Source: Octopus sinensis (Eukaryota). From it: a stretch of DNA of 64,000 nt. The notes beneath the pieces are model-generated. The model did not search any database and was not told where the DNA came from. It was given only the letters and a program-made list of their open reading frames with translations. Positions 26,701 to 41,700 of this stretch are shown in pieces. The position numbers were made by a program, and so were the translations under genes. The DNA is taken from the NCBI RefSeq assembly GCF_006345805.1, contig NC_042997.1:136834001-136898000 (forward strand). The letters run 5' to 3'. Position 1 is the stretch's first letter. The number at the start of each line of letters is the position of its first letter.

Positions 26701-29700
26701 CCATGTTTGCATCTAATGAGGAACTTGAATAAGATACTACTCCTTCATTCATTATTACATTCATTTTCTGTGCTAAACAAGGTTGGACAAATACGTTATT
26801 GTGACATTGCTTTTCAGCTGAATGCCCATCTTGACACTAACTGTTACCTGTTTTTTAAGTAAAGAATCTGTGCCGGTGGCACATAAAAAGCACCCACTAC
26901 ACTCTCGGAGTGGTTGGCGTTAGGAAGGGCATTCAGCTGTAGAAACACTGCCAGATCAGACGAGCCTGGTGCAGCCTTCTGGCTTCCCAGATCCCCAGTC
27001 GAACCGTCCAACCCATGCTAGCATGGAGAACGGACGTTAAACGATGATGATGATGATGAATCTCTTAGCCCACACAGCTTTGAAGGCCCAAAGTGGGCAG
27101 ATAAGTTACTGACAGGAGACGTGCCAACAGTAACACTATTTGAATATTGTAACTTTCAAATAAGTGAGTGGAGATGTAAACAAACTAGATACACACGTAT
27201 ATGCATATACATATGCATGCATACATAAACATCTTAAAATGTATTTCTTATTCAAAGAAGGAATCCTTTTGTAGCCAACAAAGTTAATAGTTTCCTTGAC
27301 TACAATGCTCTCAAAGTACCTACCTCTGCCACTAATGTCACCTAGATAAGAAAAGTTATGGACTTCTATGGAGCCTTACAAGCATTTCAGATTTTACAGG
27401 TGTCTTATGCTAACTTATTTCTATGCATCTGCTATATATAAGGTCTTCCTCCAGTGTCAAACTACCTGCATCCTTACTACATCTCTTGTGCACCAATAGT
27501 TCACACTGCCTGCACAGTATGATATAACATGGTTAATTAAAACTAAAACTGAAGATGGTGGGGGTGATGATGATGGTGGTGGTGGTTCCTAAAAAGTTGA
27601 TGATGATATTGAGAATGTAGGTTATCCATTTACATGAGATGTCTAAGATCATCATTTGTATATACTGGGAATTCTATTTAATATCCAATAGCTTTAATTC
27701 CTTAACCATCAGAGCATGTAAGCTGTATATGGTTTGCATCTCCAGTCTGGAATCCCTATCTTGCCCAGAAAATCAATTTATTAGAAGCTGTCCAGAGATG
27801 TGCAACTAGATGAATACTTTCTTTCAGTCATCATACCTTGAATGCATTGCTTCTCTGGGCATCAACACACTGAAGTTTTGACATCTAGCAGCAGGCTTAG
27901 TAGAAGACAACAAGCTTATCCACTATCTTTAAAAAAAAATTCGGACACCTTTTTTAATCCAGTACCTCTACCATGCATGGACATGCTTATAAAATCAAAA
28001 CATAGTGCAGTACCAATGACATTCAGAAACATTTTTTTCACATTCAGAATTGTCAAAATAGGGAATAAACTACATGATAAACTACTTCATCAGTTGTTAG
28101 CTGTCAGGACACTGCATTCTTCAAAAATTCCATGTCTCTTGAAATTTATCAACACTACTCTTGCTGTGTTTATGCACTTTTTATGACTCTTTTAATGTTT
28201 CTATTTTTTGTGGTTTATTTTCTATACTGTGCACGTACTGTTAGCCTTCACTGTTGTCTTTCTTTACCTGACTGCTTTTATATGTCTACTTTCTGACCCA
28301 CGTGTAATATATTTTGTAGTGCACCTGAGCACTATACAATAAGTTCATTAGCTTATTGTATAGTTATTGTAGTTATTGCTGAAAACTATGTATTCAACTA
28401 TCTACTTATATTTACATAAGAATTATTTTTAAGACATCTTGTCTATGTTGAAATAAAATGAAAATTGTGTTTAAACGGAATATACTGCATCTTTTCTATA
28501 GTTGATTTACTTGAATTACTGAAATATTACTTATATTTTCTTCTCTAAAACTCTCTTTGATTAAACTTCCATTGTTACCTATTAAAATATTGTTTCTATT
28601 TAATTGTGACAGCTGGTTCTTTGAAACAATGTCCAGCAAATGCATGTCCCAGCCTAACTAAGTGTCCTACACTTTTTGTAAGTAATTAATAATTTTGTTT
28701 ACACATTATCTGTTGTTCATTAGAGTATTGGAAATACAGATTTCTTCATCGATTAATTTACACCTAGCAAATCGAGCTTATGTAGCTCATCCCTCCACAT
28801 ATTTTTGATGTGGGATAGGCTACCGAAATTATTCAGTTTGAAGTTCCTAAGCCAGTAGTTTGTAATATATATGCTTTCCTAATAGTAGTACATAAGGAAG
28901 ATGTTGGCAAATATTTCACTTCTTACACTGTTGATATCTTCGTTGAACATCCTTTTATTTGACAGCAGTTATCCATATTAAGTTAGTTGTATTATTTTCA
29001 GTTTGAGTTGTTTAATGTTTTTTTATACTAGCAATAATCCACAGCAAAGTGGCTGTAGGATTATTGAATACATATTCTGATGCCCCTCAGTCAACTGGGT
29101 CATATTTTTAAAAGTAAACTGAGAAGTTATGTACCTTGTTTTGTTGGACAGAACACATTAAACAGCAGACTTTTATACATAGTCTGAGAATAATACATTT
29201 TCATTTTAACTATTCAGCTTTCATATCTGTAAATAATTAAAGTTGATTGTAAATTTTCTTCTGAGAATTTACTTAGAGAGTAAAGTAGCAGTAGTGATGA
29301 TTTTCAATATTTTCCCTAAAACAATGCATTATATAAATCTTTAAACTATATATTTAGTTTTTCTACCATCATATGACTAACTTAATAATTGTTTGATCAG
29401 TAACATTATTTCTTTAGGAAACTCATGTCAAGTGCTTTAATGGAAGCCTTGTTACAAATAATAATAATATTGAAATTTTATGCCCTACATTACAAGTCTA
29501 ATCTTAGTGCTATTTTAAACAAGTGAGAAAAAAGGAAGTACAGTCAGTTTCCTTTGAATCATATGCTATTGAAATATTACACTAAACAAAAAAAACCATG
29601 TCAAAACAAGATAAAAATATATTATGATTTCTACCGGCATATTCCTCATAATTTGTTACATTTTTTCCTTATATACTTCCATTGCAGGCATCTAATTCTC

Positions 29701-32700
29701 AACCTCTGTCTACCAAAGAGATACCTACTTCAGAGTCGACTTTAACTACAGTCACAATACCTTCTAAGAGAATACATATTGATAGTAACAATACAATTTT
29801 GGATAGCATTCAGGGAAACCCAAATCTTCCTCAATATGGCATGTGTTTTCAGGCAACTATATTACGTGTGTTTTTGTTCAAAAACTATGAAGAATCCCTA
29901 GATGATGATAGCCAACAAGAAATTTTAACATGGTTTGTTGATGGGTTATTCATAAATTGTATAGTTATTATAAAAAAACAACTTATCTTCAAAACTTCTG
30001 TATGAATAATGAATATATATTGCAACCAGAATAAAGTTGTGTTCTTTGAAAAAGGAAGATGTAGATTGTTAAACTAACTGAAATATTTTTGAGAGGTTTA
30101 TGACACAGTTTCATGTTGTAACATAAGAAGAAACCTCTGTGATTACATTTTGAGGAGTATTCAATCAAATTTACATAAATATAAGGAATCAGATATTCTC
30201 TTTTGTATTGATAAGGATTTGTAAATTAAAACCAAGATGACTAAAATTTATTAAAATAGCCTTTTAAATAACCATCTAATAATTAAAATTAATATTTAAA
30301 ATTTGATTATTTCAGTTGGTCTGTCTTAGTTGAAGATACCCAAGGCACTGTATCTTTGGTTCACCTACCAAGTAAGAATAGTTTTGATAAAGAAAATCAA
30401 ATTGTCCCAGATTACTATGCTGTCAACTGTATATGGAATTTTTATGGTATGCGTGTGCTTAGCCGTGCTAACCGACACAGGTTAAGAGAACTATATTAAC
30501 TCTTTTTCAAATATTTTAATATTTATTTAAATTTATACTTCATCTTTTTATCAATAATAAGAATAATAATTTGTCTTTAAGCCAAAAATCCAATTTTTCT
30601 AGTTTAAAGATATATTTTCCTCAAAAGATCAATCCTAAGCATATGACTAAATTCAACTTCCACAGTTTATATAGTTCAGAATCCATTCTTTCTCCACACA
30701 ACTGTTAGTAGTAGTAGTAGTAGTAGTAGCAGTAGCAGCAGCAGCAGCAGCAGTCATCGTCGCCACTGCTGTCGTCATCATTTAACGTCTTCCATGCTGG
30801 TATAGGTGGAATGGTTTGACAGGAGCCTGCCAGGCAGAAGTCCTGCACCAAATGTATGTGACTATTTTGGTAGGATTTTTACGGCTGGATGCCCTTCCTA
30901 ACATCAACCACCTAGCAGAGTGTAATATTTATTCTTTATTTATTATAATCTGCTGTAGTTTAAAATGATAAACTGCCTGTTTGAAGCCTTATTACTTTAT
31001 ACAGTATCTTCCACAAGTTCAATATTCATGCATATGACATAGCTTTTACTTATGAGTTATGTGTTCACTTATCTTTGGTATATGTATGAACCAGTTCACT
31101 GTCTGATAGAAACTATTCATTGGTTATTTCATCATTGATAAATAGATAACTATATATTTAACTAACTACATATATATTTTGTTTTTTAGAGATCCAGATC
31201 TTTTTTCAATTATTGATACAACATGGGTTTGTCCACAGATTCCTACTGAAGCAGAAAATGAAATTGTAGTTTGTACAGTAAACCAGGAAACTCAAGTTAC
31301 ATCTGTTGCTAAAGTAAGATATTTTGTTGTTTGTAAATAACCTAAATATATTTTATTTAATGCACATGAACCAGAAAGTACCATTCAACTGATTCACAAT
31401 AGTAGATGCAGGAATTCAAGGAAAAATTACAAAAAAATTACAAAAAAGTGTGTTGGATGAGTGAAATAAAAGTATGCCAGATAGACTATACGACAACAGA
31501 CACATGCTGAAAGTAAACCCATTCACCCAGGCTATGTTCACCAATCTCACTTCCTTTCAGTAAATGTACTGGAAGATAACACCAATCCACCCTCAACTTC
31601 CTCTCCAAATAGTTAGTGAGGGCCACAGATAAAAGTGTCTGTCTTCACTCCTTTCAGTGACATCCACCATACAATCTCTTTTGTGTAGCCACCAGACAAG
31701 AAAATTGCTTTCCTTTCCCATGCAAAGGAAGGTTGTGTGGCAGTCTTCACAAAGAATTTGGCTAATAGCTGAACCTTTTCTTTGTGTAACAAAAGCTGTT
31801 CAACAAAACTTCACAAGTGCACAATCCTCTGGCATTGAATGAGTACATGCAGAACAGTTTTGTCACTCTCCATTCATCATGCAAAGACTGCAGTTTACTT
31901 AAGCCCTTAGTAATAGTAATTTTATAAGCAATGTCTCTGTTGAGACTTAAAGAGGGTTTTCAGTCAATTCTGAATTCTGAACACAAGATTGAAGCTAGTT
32001 TGGCTGATCCAATATTTTTGTATCTAGAAGATATTGTGTGCAAAAACAAGATGTTTGCATCTATCTACAAATGCACATGCGCGTGCGCACACACACACTC
32101 TATTGTCGTAGTGTCATATCAATGTATTTAAACTGTCATCTTCAGAACACTCCAGGATTTTGCTATGAAATTGGCCCACAGGATACTTCATTTACAAAGT
32201 CTGGCTACTTATCTGCTCCAGTCACAGTACCCTGGACCATGCCAAAACTTGATTTAGTTACACTGAAAGATTTTCAACAAAAGGTTTGTCATCCACTTTT
32301 ATAAAAATTAATTTTATTAGTATATAATTCATTTTTATAAACTAATAGAAAAATTAACCTCTAAGCAGTTTTCTATTAGTCATTATACATTACACGTTTC
32401 ATAGGCGCAGGAGTGGCTGTGTGGTAAGTAGCTTGTTTACCAACCACATGGTTCCACGTTCAGTCCCACTGCGTGGCACCTTGGGCAATTTTCTTCTACT
32501 ATAGCCTCGGGCCGACCAAAGCCTTGTGAGTGGATTTGGTAGACGGAAACTGAAAGAAGCCCGTTGTATATATGTATATATATATATGCGTGTGTGTGTT
32601 TGTGTGTCTGTGTTTGTCCCACTAGCATTGCTTGACAATCGATGCTGGTGTGTTTATGTCCCCGTTACTTAGCGGTTCGGCAAAAGAGACCGATAGAATA

Positions 32701-35700
32701 AGTACTGGGCTTACAAAAAAAAGAATAAGTCCCGGGGTCAAGTTGCTCGATTAAAGGCAGTGCTCCAGCATGGCCGCAGACTGAAACAAGTAAAAGAAAA
32801 AAAAAAGAAAGAGACACACATATTTGTCTATGTGTATATACATGGTCTGATCAATAAGTATCCAGACTTGCCATTGTAATGAAGCTAAAGCAGGCTGAGT
32901 GAAGCCGCTTGACACAGATTAACCTTGTACTCTGCTGTGCAAATGCACTAAGTTTTAACATTCCAGTTCACTTCTGCTGTTTACAGCAAGTGCTCGGAAG
33001 GAAGGTGTGTAGTATGTGATTGTCACATGACAAAGTTGAGCAGAGAATCCGCATCCAATTTTGCCAAAAGCTTGGCGATATCTGCTCAGAGGCCTATGCA
33101 AACTTTTCAAAAGTTTTAATTGCTTTCAACCCACTCAAGGAAATCTTGTGCAACTGAAACCTGAGTGTCTTTTTGGTCAGCTGAAAGCAGTTTTACCACA
33201 AACTTGACAGACATGCATCTCATACCCAAATCTTCAGTGATAAAGGACTGACCTGAATTGTAACTAATCTGTACATTTTCTGATAAATTACGGATGGTAA
33301 TTCTATGATTTCCTCTCACAACCGCACACACATCTGTGATGTTTTTCTCAGTTCTGCTGGTTGTGAGTCTCCCAGAATGTTTGTCAATATCAACACTTTT
33401 TCAGCCAGCTTGGAAACATTTGAACCACTCATACACTTGTGTGCAGCTCATACACTTTCTGCAACTTTACTTAGGCCTCTGAGCAGGTATTGCCATGACA
33501 ACTTTCTCTGTCATGGTCAATGTGATGATCACACACTACTTACCTTCCTTCCATGCTACATACCTTCCTGTAAACAGTGAAAGTGAGCTAGAACATTAAA
33601 ACTGTGTACTTGCACAGCAGAGTTCAAGGTCAACTTTTGCCAAGCAAGTTCACTCTGTGTGCTTTAGCTATGTTACTATGGCAACAGTCAGGATACTTAT
33701 TGATCAGATCTTATATATATGTTTATATGTATGTGTGTATATATGTATGTATGCAATGTATATATGTATAGCTCCATAAAGAAGTGTCTGTCTCTCAAAG
33801 TGGATGGAACATTTAGAAGTGGGAGACCCAGGAAGACATGGGATGAAGTACTGACGAACGACTTCAAGGCACTGAACCTTTCAGGCAAGATGACAAAGGA
33901 CTGAGATGCTTTGCACCTTGCCATACTCAAGAAGACCTGCACCTCACAGTAGAAGGGTTAGGAGCAATCCTTCTGGTTTTGTAAAGCACTCCTGGCAGTG
34001 TCATGTAAAAGTGCTTGTATGGTACCACGTAAAAGCACCTGTGCGGCAACATGTGAAAGCGCCCGTGAAGTGTCACGTAAAAGTATCCAGCACACTCTGT
34101 AAAGTAGTTAGTGTTAGAGAGGGCATCCATACCAAATCAGACTTGGGGTTGGTGCAGCCACCCTCAGCTTGCCAGCTCTGGTCCCACCGTCCAACCCATG
34201 CCAGCATGAACAACAGGCATTAAATGATGATGATGATGTGTATGTATATATGTGTGTATTGTGTGTATATATATATATATATATATATAGCGGCTCTCCA
34301 GCGTACCAGTTCCAGTCAAACCATCTAACCAATGCTAGCATGGAAAACAGATGTTAAATGAGATGATGATAATGATATATATATGCAGGCATGGTGGCAT
34401 TATAAGAAGTTTGTTTCCCAACTATATGGTATTGGATTCAGTCTCTTATATCTAATACCTTTTCTTTTCTCTGATTTATTTTTTAGTTAAGTAAATTATG
34501 AAAATGTGTACTATAATTTCCCTTTCAGTACTTAAAATTTATGTTGTTTGCTTAACTGATTGCTAATGCACCCAATTATTCTTATACTTAAGTTTAGCTT
34601 CTGAAAACTTTTTTTGAAACATGTTATTTACTGTTGGTAGAATAAGTACTGTACTTATAACATAACAAAAGGTGACTTAGAAATTTTATTTTGAATCAGT
34701 TATTTTGATATATTTTTAATGTAATTTTCTCTTTATTAACTAAGGATTTTATTATTTCAGGTTAATGAATATGTTGGTCAAAGAGTGACTTTTATAGGAA
34801 AATTGGTTTATAATTGGTCAAAGGTCAGACATCCAATTACTCACACACATTACTTTTTGTCTCACTACCTCTGCTGCTTTTTCATTTTTATTATCATTTT
34901 ATTATCTCTTCTTAAACATTTATCTTTACTTCATTCTCATTCTTTTCAAATGAAAATTTTTCTAAATTCATTTTAACATTGTGTATCTACCATAGTCTAT
35001 CATTATCAATGCTGTTATAAAAGCTTTACACTATTGGTAAAACAGTTAGTTGCACATGGGCCCAAATTATGCTCCTGTTGAGCTTAATGGTCCTTTAAAA
35101 CCAGATTAATATTGGTATTTAAAATACTGTCTTCATTACATTATATATGTACTTATATTAAAAAAAAAATAATTCAAAGTTAATTTTAGTCATTAAAGTC
35201 TAAATAAGTAATTACTTAGTTCTAAAAATTTATAATCTTATTATTAACTTTATCTTTAGGGATGAAGTATTTTCAATATTTAAATCTGCACAACATTTCA
35301 ATCAATTTAATCTGTGTTCATCATCAGTTCTTTCAAAATCCAGAAATGTCATGAAAATATAAACTATAACAAACCTTTTTGTCTTTTTCTGATGTAAATA
35401 GTACAAATTTGTACATGCCTGTATTTTTCAGTGTGAGGCCGATCAGAATAGTTGTTCCATTGATAGCAGTGGAATACTGTATGTTACTGATTCAAGTATA
35501 AGCAGTGGTGTGCCAGGTTTCAACTATATTGCTATTCATTATCGGAAGTCTTTCATATTACCTAGTCAGCTATCTACTGTGGTACTTATCAAGGATGTAC
35601 TAATTCAACAAAGTAAGTAAGAAATCATCCTTATTTATCCAGCTCATTTAATTAAATGAACTGAAATAATATTTCACTTGCAGGACCCGTGAATATTTCA

Positions 35701-38700
35701 TGGAATTAATGGTAAACTTATTGGGTTATTTCTGAAAACTTTATCCAAATAACCTGAAAGCGTAGCCTGTATTGTGTCTATATCAAGAGATAGTCGTTCA
35801 TCTGCTAATCATTGAAAAGTGAAGGAAATTGAAATACGATGGTTACTTAATGCACTTTATATACTTTATGCACAATTTTATAGATTTAATGCACAACACT
35901 CTCCCTCTTCGCCTTACTCTCTCTTTCTCTCCTTTCACACTTTGCCTTTTCCCTCAACTAATCACATAAAAGCATTACAGATGGGCTAAGTAACAGAAGA
36001 AAAAAACTTAGTTCAAAAAAAGAAAATATACACATTTTACTCACCTGATTAATCCAAAATTGAGTGTGAAATCTGTTGGTCTTGTATTGATTCATTTTGT
36101 ACTATAAACAGAAATCAGGAATCAGTGATGCCAATTGTATGGAAGTTATACTGAAAGATGCAAGTGAGGATGAATTCCTTTTTATTTCTTTTTTTTTATA
36201 TATTTCTCATGTGATATGACCAACAGAGAAACAGTTAAGAAATCATTGATTGATAAGCATAAAAATCACAATTGTATAATCACAGAAATGCTTTTGCACA
36301 ATTTTCAGCAGTTCCTTATGAGCTGTTTATTATCCAAGCTAAAAACAAAATCATTCAAATACTTGTTTCATTTCATATTTCTTACCAAATAGTATGGGTT
36401 TTCTTTTATTGTTACCAAATAGTATGGGTTTTCTTTTATTGTTACCAAATTGTATGGGTTTTCTGTTATTGCCTGGAGGACTATGATGAATATGAGGAGG
36501 CTGAGGACTAATCTTTGATGAACCCCTACTTCTACCCGGAATTCTTCACTATACTCATTGCCAACTCTCACCTTACTGACAGCATCCCTGTGCAAGGTTT
36601 GTACAGCTCTTACCAACTACTCGTCTATCCCCAGTTTCCAGATAAGGGACTGGGGGACTCTGTCAAAGACTTTCTCCAAGTCAACAAAAGCCAAGTACAG
36701 AGGTTTATCTTTGGCTGGATATTTCTCTTGCAGTTGCCTTACCAAAAATATAGCATCAATTGTGTTTCTGCCTGGCACAAAACCAAACTGCATCTCATCT
36801 AGGCTAATTCTCTCCCTAATGAGTTAGGCTATGACCTTCTCTGTAACTTTCATCACCTGATCCAATAATTGGATTCCCCTGTATATATTTCTATCTAAAG
36901 CATCACCTTTACCTTTGTAGCAGTTGACTATCATGCTGCTACACCAGTCATTGGGTATGACTCCTTCATGAGCTACCCGATTTACAATGCAGGTGACAAG
37001 ACCATAACCCACACCGCCCAATATTTTAAGCACCTCAGCGCTGATTCCTGATAGGCCAGAGGCTTTCCATATCTTCATATCCTTAATTGCTTTATCTACT
37101 AGGGTATTGTAGATTCAGGTAGTTGGCCCCCTCAATTGAGTCAACCTTCAGCAGACTTTCCTCCTCTCATTCATTCTCCACATGCAGCCGTCTTTCATAA
37201 TGGCATCTCCAAGCCTCTTTCTTTGCAGAATCATTAAACGCATCATCCGTGCAGACACATTTCTCTCCTATGACATCACAGTTTTCTCTCATACACTGTC
37301 TTGCAATCCGAAATACTTCGATTCTTTGGTCCTCACTTTGCTGAACATTGGGCTAAAGGCTAAATTATTAATTTGAAATTGATCATTTTAGGAATACTCT
37401 TGAACTGACCAGGAAAAAGAATTATCTCCAATGGAAAAACTTCTTCTTTTTCAGACCTTACAACTTGTATTTAAGCAAAGAGCTTGATCTGATTTGGATA
37501 ATACTGTATAAGTATGTTTCTTTAAAATGTTAATCTCTCATCTATTCAGCAAGAGAAATACTTCTTTTTTTGACTGATAACTGAAAGTTAAAATTCTGCC
37601 ATATTAGGTACATATTCTTCTAATTTTAGAAATAAGCAAAATAACACATTTTATGTGGTGGAATTTCAACTTTTTACTTTAAACCAGCTAGCACCAAACT
37701 TCACCATTCTACCATACAGTATACTATAATACAGAAGTCAATTGTTCAAGAAGACAGCTAGTTTGCTGAATTAACTCAAGCATATTATTGGTATTTATTT
37801 TAATCCTGGAGATATGAAAGGAAAAGTTGATGTGAGCAAGATTTCAAATGTGGCATGAAAGGAGAATTACTGTGAAACACTTTTTCTGATTCGCTATTAT
37901 TTTTTGGTCATATTTTAGATCAAACTTTTATTATTGGTGTAATTTAAGGGTACATGGTTAACTTTTGTAAGGGAGTGGTATAGTTAATAGAATCAACCAG
38001 GTATTATGTAGAGTTATGAAAGAGAAGTCAATTCTAGCATGATTTGAACTCAGAAAGTGAAGGAAAGCATTTAATTTGACACACTCATTTCTCCCAATTC
38101 TATAATCTAAATTATAACATATTGTAAGTGATAAGGTTTATTTTCAGAAAATTTTGCAATAGTAGACAGATTCAGTCGAATATGGACTTGGCCTTTGCCT
38201 GATCATGTGACCCAACAACTCAGTACAAATGTTAACATTGATATTGCTGACAAATATCAGAGCATAAAATTGTCACTTCCAAATTTAAAGATTGATTCAA
38301 ATGTTTACAATTTGGTCAAAGTTCAAGGTAAGTTTTTCTTGCATTGTATAGCTTGCATATTTATAGATATTTGTTTATTCATTTAATACTTATGTACTTT
38401 AGGAAAATCAAAAAAGCTTTTAAACAATAAAACAAAACAGGGTTTTAACATATTTGAAACAATTCAGTGAAAAAGAAAATAGACATGTACATGCTTATTT
38501 GACTGGTACATGTATGTGCGTTTGTGTAAGTTTCTATATATGGAAAATAGCTTTTCTTTTAACCCTTTCATTACCAACCCGGCTCTGGCTCTGAGTACAA
38601 ATGTCTTGTTTTCATAAGTTTTAAATTAAAATCTCCCACCAAACCTTAGTCACAATTTATGTTCTTAACACTAGCTGAATGATAACTAAGTTATTTTACT

Positions 38701-41700
38701 AAATTCTTTGTTATATTTAAAGTAATTGAAAGAAACACAGAGCATCTCAAAATAAATACAGTAACGAAAGGGTTAAACATATGTTTAAAACATGTTCTAG
38801 CTTTGTCTTTTCTCTTAATTTTTTTTCCCTATTTCTTTATGAGTTCCTTCCAGTTTGTTTCAAACAATGAGGTTGCAAGATCTAAACGGTGTAGAAATGT
38901 TGATTGCTCTAAGAACTTTATAGTTCCAAGCAATGTGTAAGGAACCAATAAAGAAATATGAAAAAAAAAATTATATATCTAGAGTACTGAACACCTCAAT
39001 CCTTCATGTGTAGCCACTGCTACAACTGGGACATGTAAAGACATGCTCACAGAAAAGACACCCTTCCAAAAGAGATACTACAAAAGTGAGTAGCAAGCAG
39101 TAAAGTTTCCTGCTATTGTCTATCATCAATATGATCTTCTGTTGATGTTGATCCACTACTTTTCTTCTTCAGTCATGCACTGATCATGATGTAGATGGAC
39201 ATATATTGATACACATATATTTACTCATACAGGCTTATATACTCTATTTAGCATGAAACATAGTCATAAGAAGTAATAATATTTATTCATTATACATATA
39301 TCATTTAACATCTACTTTTCCATCCTTGCATGGCTCACACAGAATTTGTTGAGGTAGATTTTCTATGGTTGGATACCATTCCTGTCATTAATGCTCACTT
39401 GTTTTCAAGCAAGGTAATATTGCTCCATAACCAGACATATTTTTCATGGAAAACAAGAAATAAACAACCTCATTTGTATGATGGTGATGCTTCTTTACAA
39501 TCATCATGGGCTGTCAAAACAAGGGTTCAGAAATACCCCCCCAATACATACATGCACATACACACACCACACCACACATACGTACATGCATGCACACACA
39601 CACTTTGGTCAGCCCAGGGCTATAGTAAACACTTGCCCAAAGTGCCAAGCAGTGTGACTGAATCTGAGATGATATGGTTGGGAAACAGGCTTCTTATCCA
39701 TAGAGCCATACATGCACCTATACACATGCATGCTCTGATGTGGGATTCTTTTTCACTTTATAAAAATACAAGATATAGTGTGTTGAATTTATTTGTCGTA
39801 GAATACTTTAAAATTTTCTATCAGTGTATTAAAGATATGTATGCATTGCATTCTGTGTATAATTGCAAAGTGAAATGTAACACTGCTATTGCAACAACAG
39901 GTGTGATATACAGTGTGGACCAAGATAAAGCAGTTATTTGGCAAACCTGCCCAAAATGTGATAAAGAAGAATTGGCTCTCAAGAAAAATAATGAAGAAAG
40001 GTGATTGATTTTCTTTTCACTTATTATAATGTTATATCATTATGTGTCTGTGCACTGGTAGTAAGTGGCAAAATTGTTAGCACACTGGACAAAATGCTTA
40101 GCATTTCATTCCTCTTTATGTTCTGAGTTCAAATTCCATTGTGGTCAACTTTGCCTTTCATCCTTTTGGGGTTGATAAAATAAATAACAGTTGAGCTCTG
40201 GGGGCGATGCAATCAACTTGCCCGCTCTCTCAAAATCTCAGGCCTTGTACCTATAGTAGAAAAGATTCCCACTCTCTCTTTCGGAGAGGTACTGAGCAGC
40301 TATACGCACACGGCAGTAACTCCCGCCTACCAAATTCAATCACAAAGCTTCGGTCGACTCAGGGCTATAGCAGAAGACACCTGCCCAAAGTGCCACGCAG
40401 TGGGACTGAACCCGAAACCATGTAGCTAGGAAGTAAGCTCCCTAACCACACAGCCATGCCCGCACCTACAAAAATGTATGCACATATACGCAGCGCTATG
40501 CGTGTGGCAAGTTTTCTATGGCCAGATGCCCTTCCTGACGCCAACCCCCACCTGTTGCCAAGCGAGGTAGTTTTTCCCTCTCTCTCTTTCAGAGAGTTAT
40601 GTGTATAAAACCATAACGGTATCTTTTTGGCCACTGATGATGGAAGTATATGCTTGATGTGCTTGTTGTTTGTAAATCTTTTATATCTTGTGTTCTCATT
40701 GTTCTAAGTTGTTCTCATGCTCATAGGGTTGGGCAAGGGAGTGCTGAAAGGTTCTTGGCTTTAAGGGTATCACAAAAGACCTGGTTGGAGGCCCAACCCC
40801 CCCAAGTTTTTTTACAGGGATTAGAAAAACTGAAGAACTGCTGCAATAAGTATGCCATTCTGAGAGAGGAATATGTTGAATAAAATCATAATTAATTTGA
40901 TCCTCTTGTATTTTCTTTTACCCAAAGCCAGGAATTTTTCAGCACCCTCTCATACATATAAGGTGATTGTCAACTCTATTTTTTAGTGTAACCACTTTCT
41001 CATTACAGACATTGTAACAAGTTTAATAGCTTTGTTGCCATGGGCTATCAGATGACTACTTAGCTGTGATTTTGTTTTAAATTTTTTTGTGATAAATGTA
41101 GCACATAATTTCTTTAAGAACCCAGTAACCATTCTTGTGTATTCATCCAAATTGGGTTTTCTATTTTGTAATAGATAAGCACATATGTGGACATAAAGGA
41201 CACCTGTGCTCAAGTGGGGATGTTGGAGCTGTATGCGTTTTAGAATTCTATGTTGGTCTCACAATATGTGATCTTTCATGACTAGCAAATCTGGCCTTTG
41301 AAGATGTAATACAGCCACAGGCAATATGGGTGGGATTATCTCTGAATCCTCTGCCAGGCTTTTGAACTATTGCCATGCAAATACTTCAAATAGTCTGGTA
41401 GTTTGAGGGGCATTATGTTTTGCTATTTGATGGTTTTAAAAAATTTTTCTCAGACTGCAGGTTTTTCTTCTTAATTATAGACCAACATGCACTGAAAAGA
41501 AGTACAAGATATTCCCAACCCATTTTTCCCAATATTGTAAACAAAAAATTATGAACATAGAAAGAAATTATACATTAATCCCTATTTTTGTAAGCAGTTG
41601 TATCCATAAAAATTTTATTTGAAGAGAACAGAAATCGAAAGAAGAGAAAGCAATAAGAGCAGAGAAAGAAAGTGAAAGATGTATGTACGTCTATATGAAA

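Noticed and set aside
39330-40004. 224-aa ORF
   Set aside because: Chance read-through of intronic SINE/RTE debris into SPIDR exon 18; only 39901-40000 is coding
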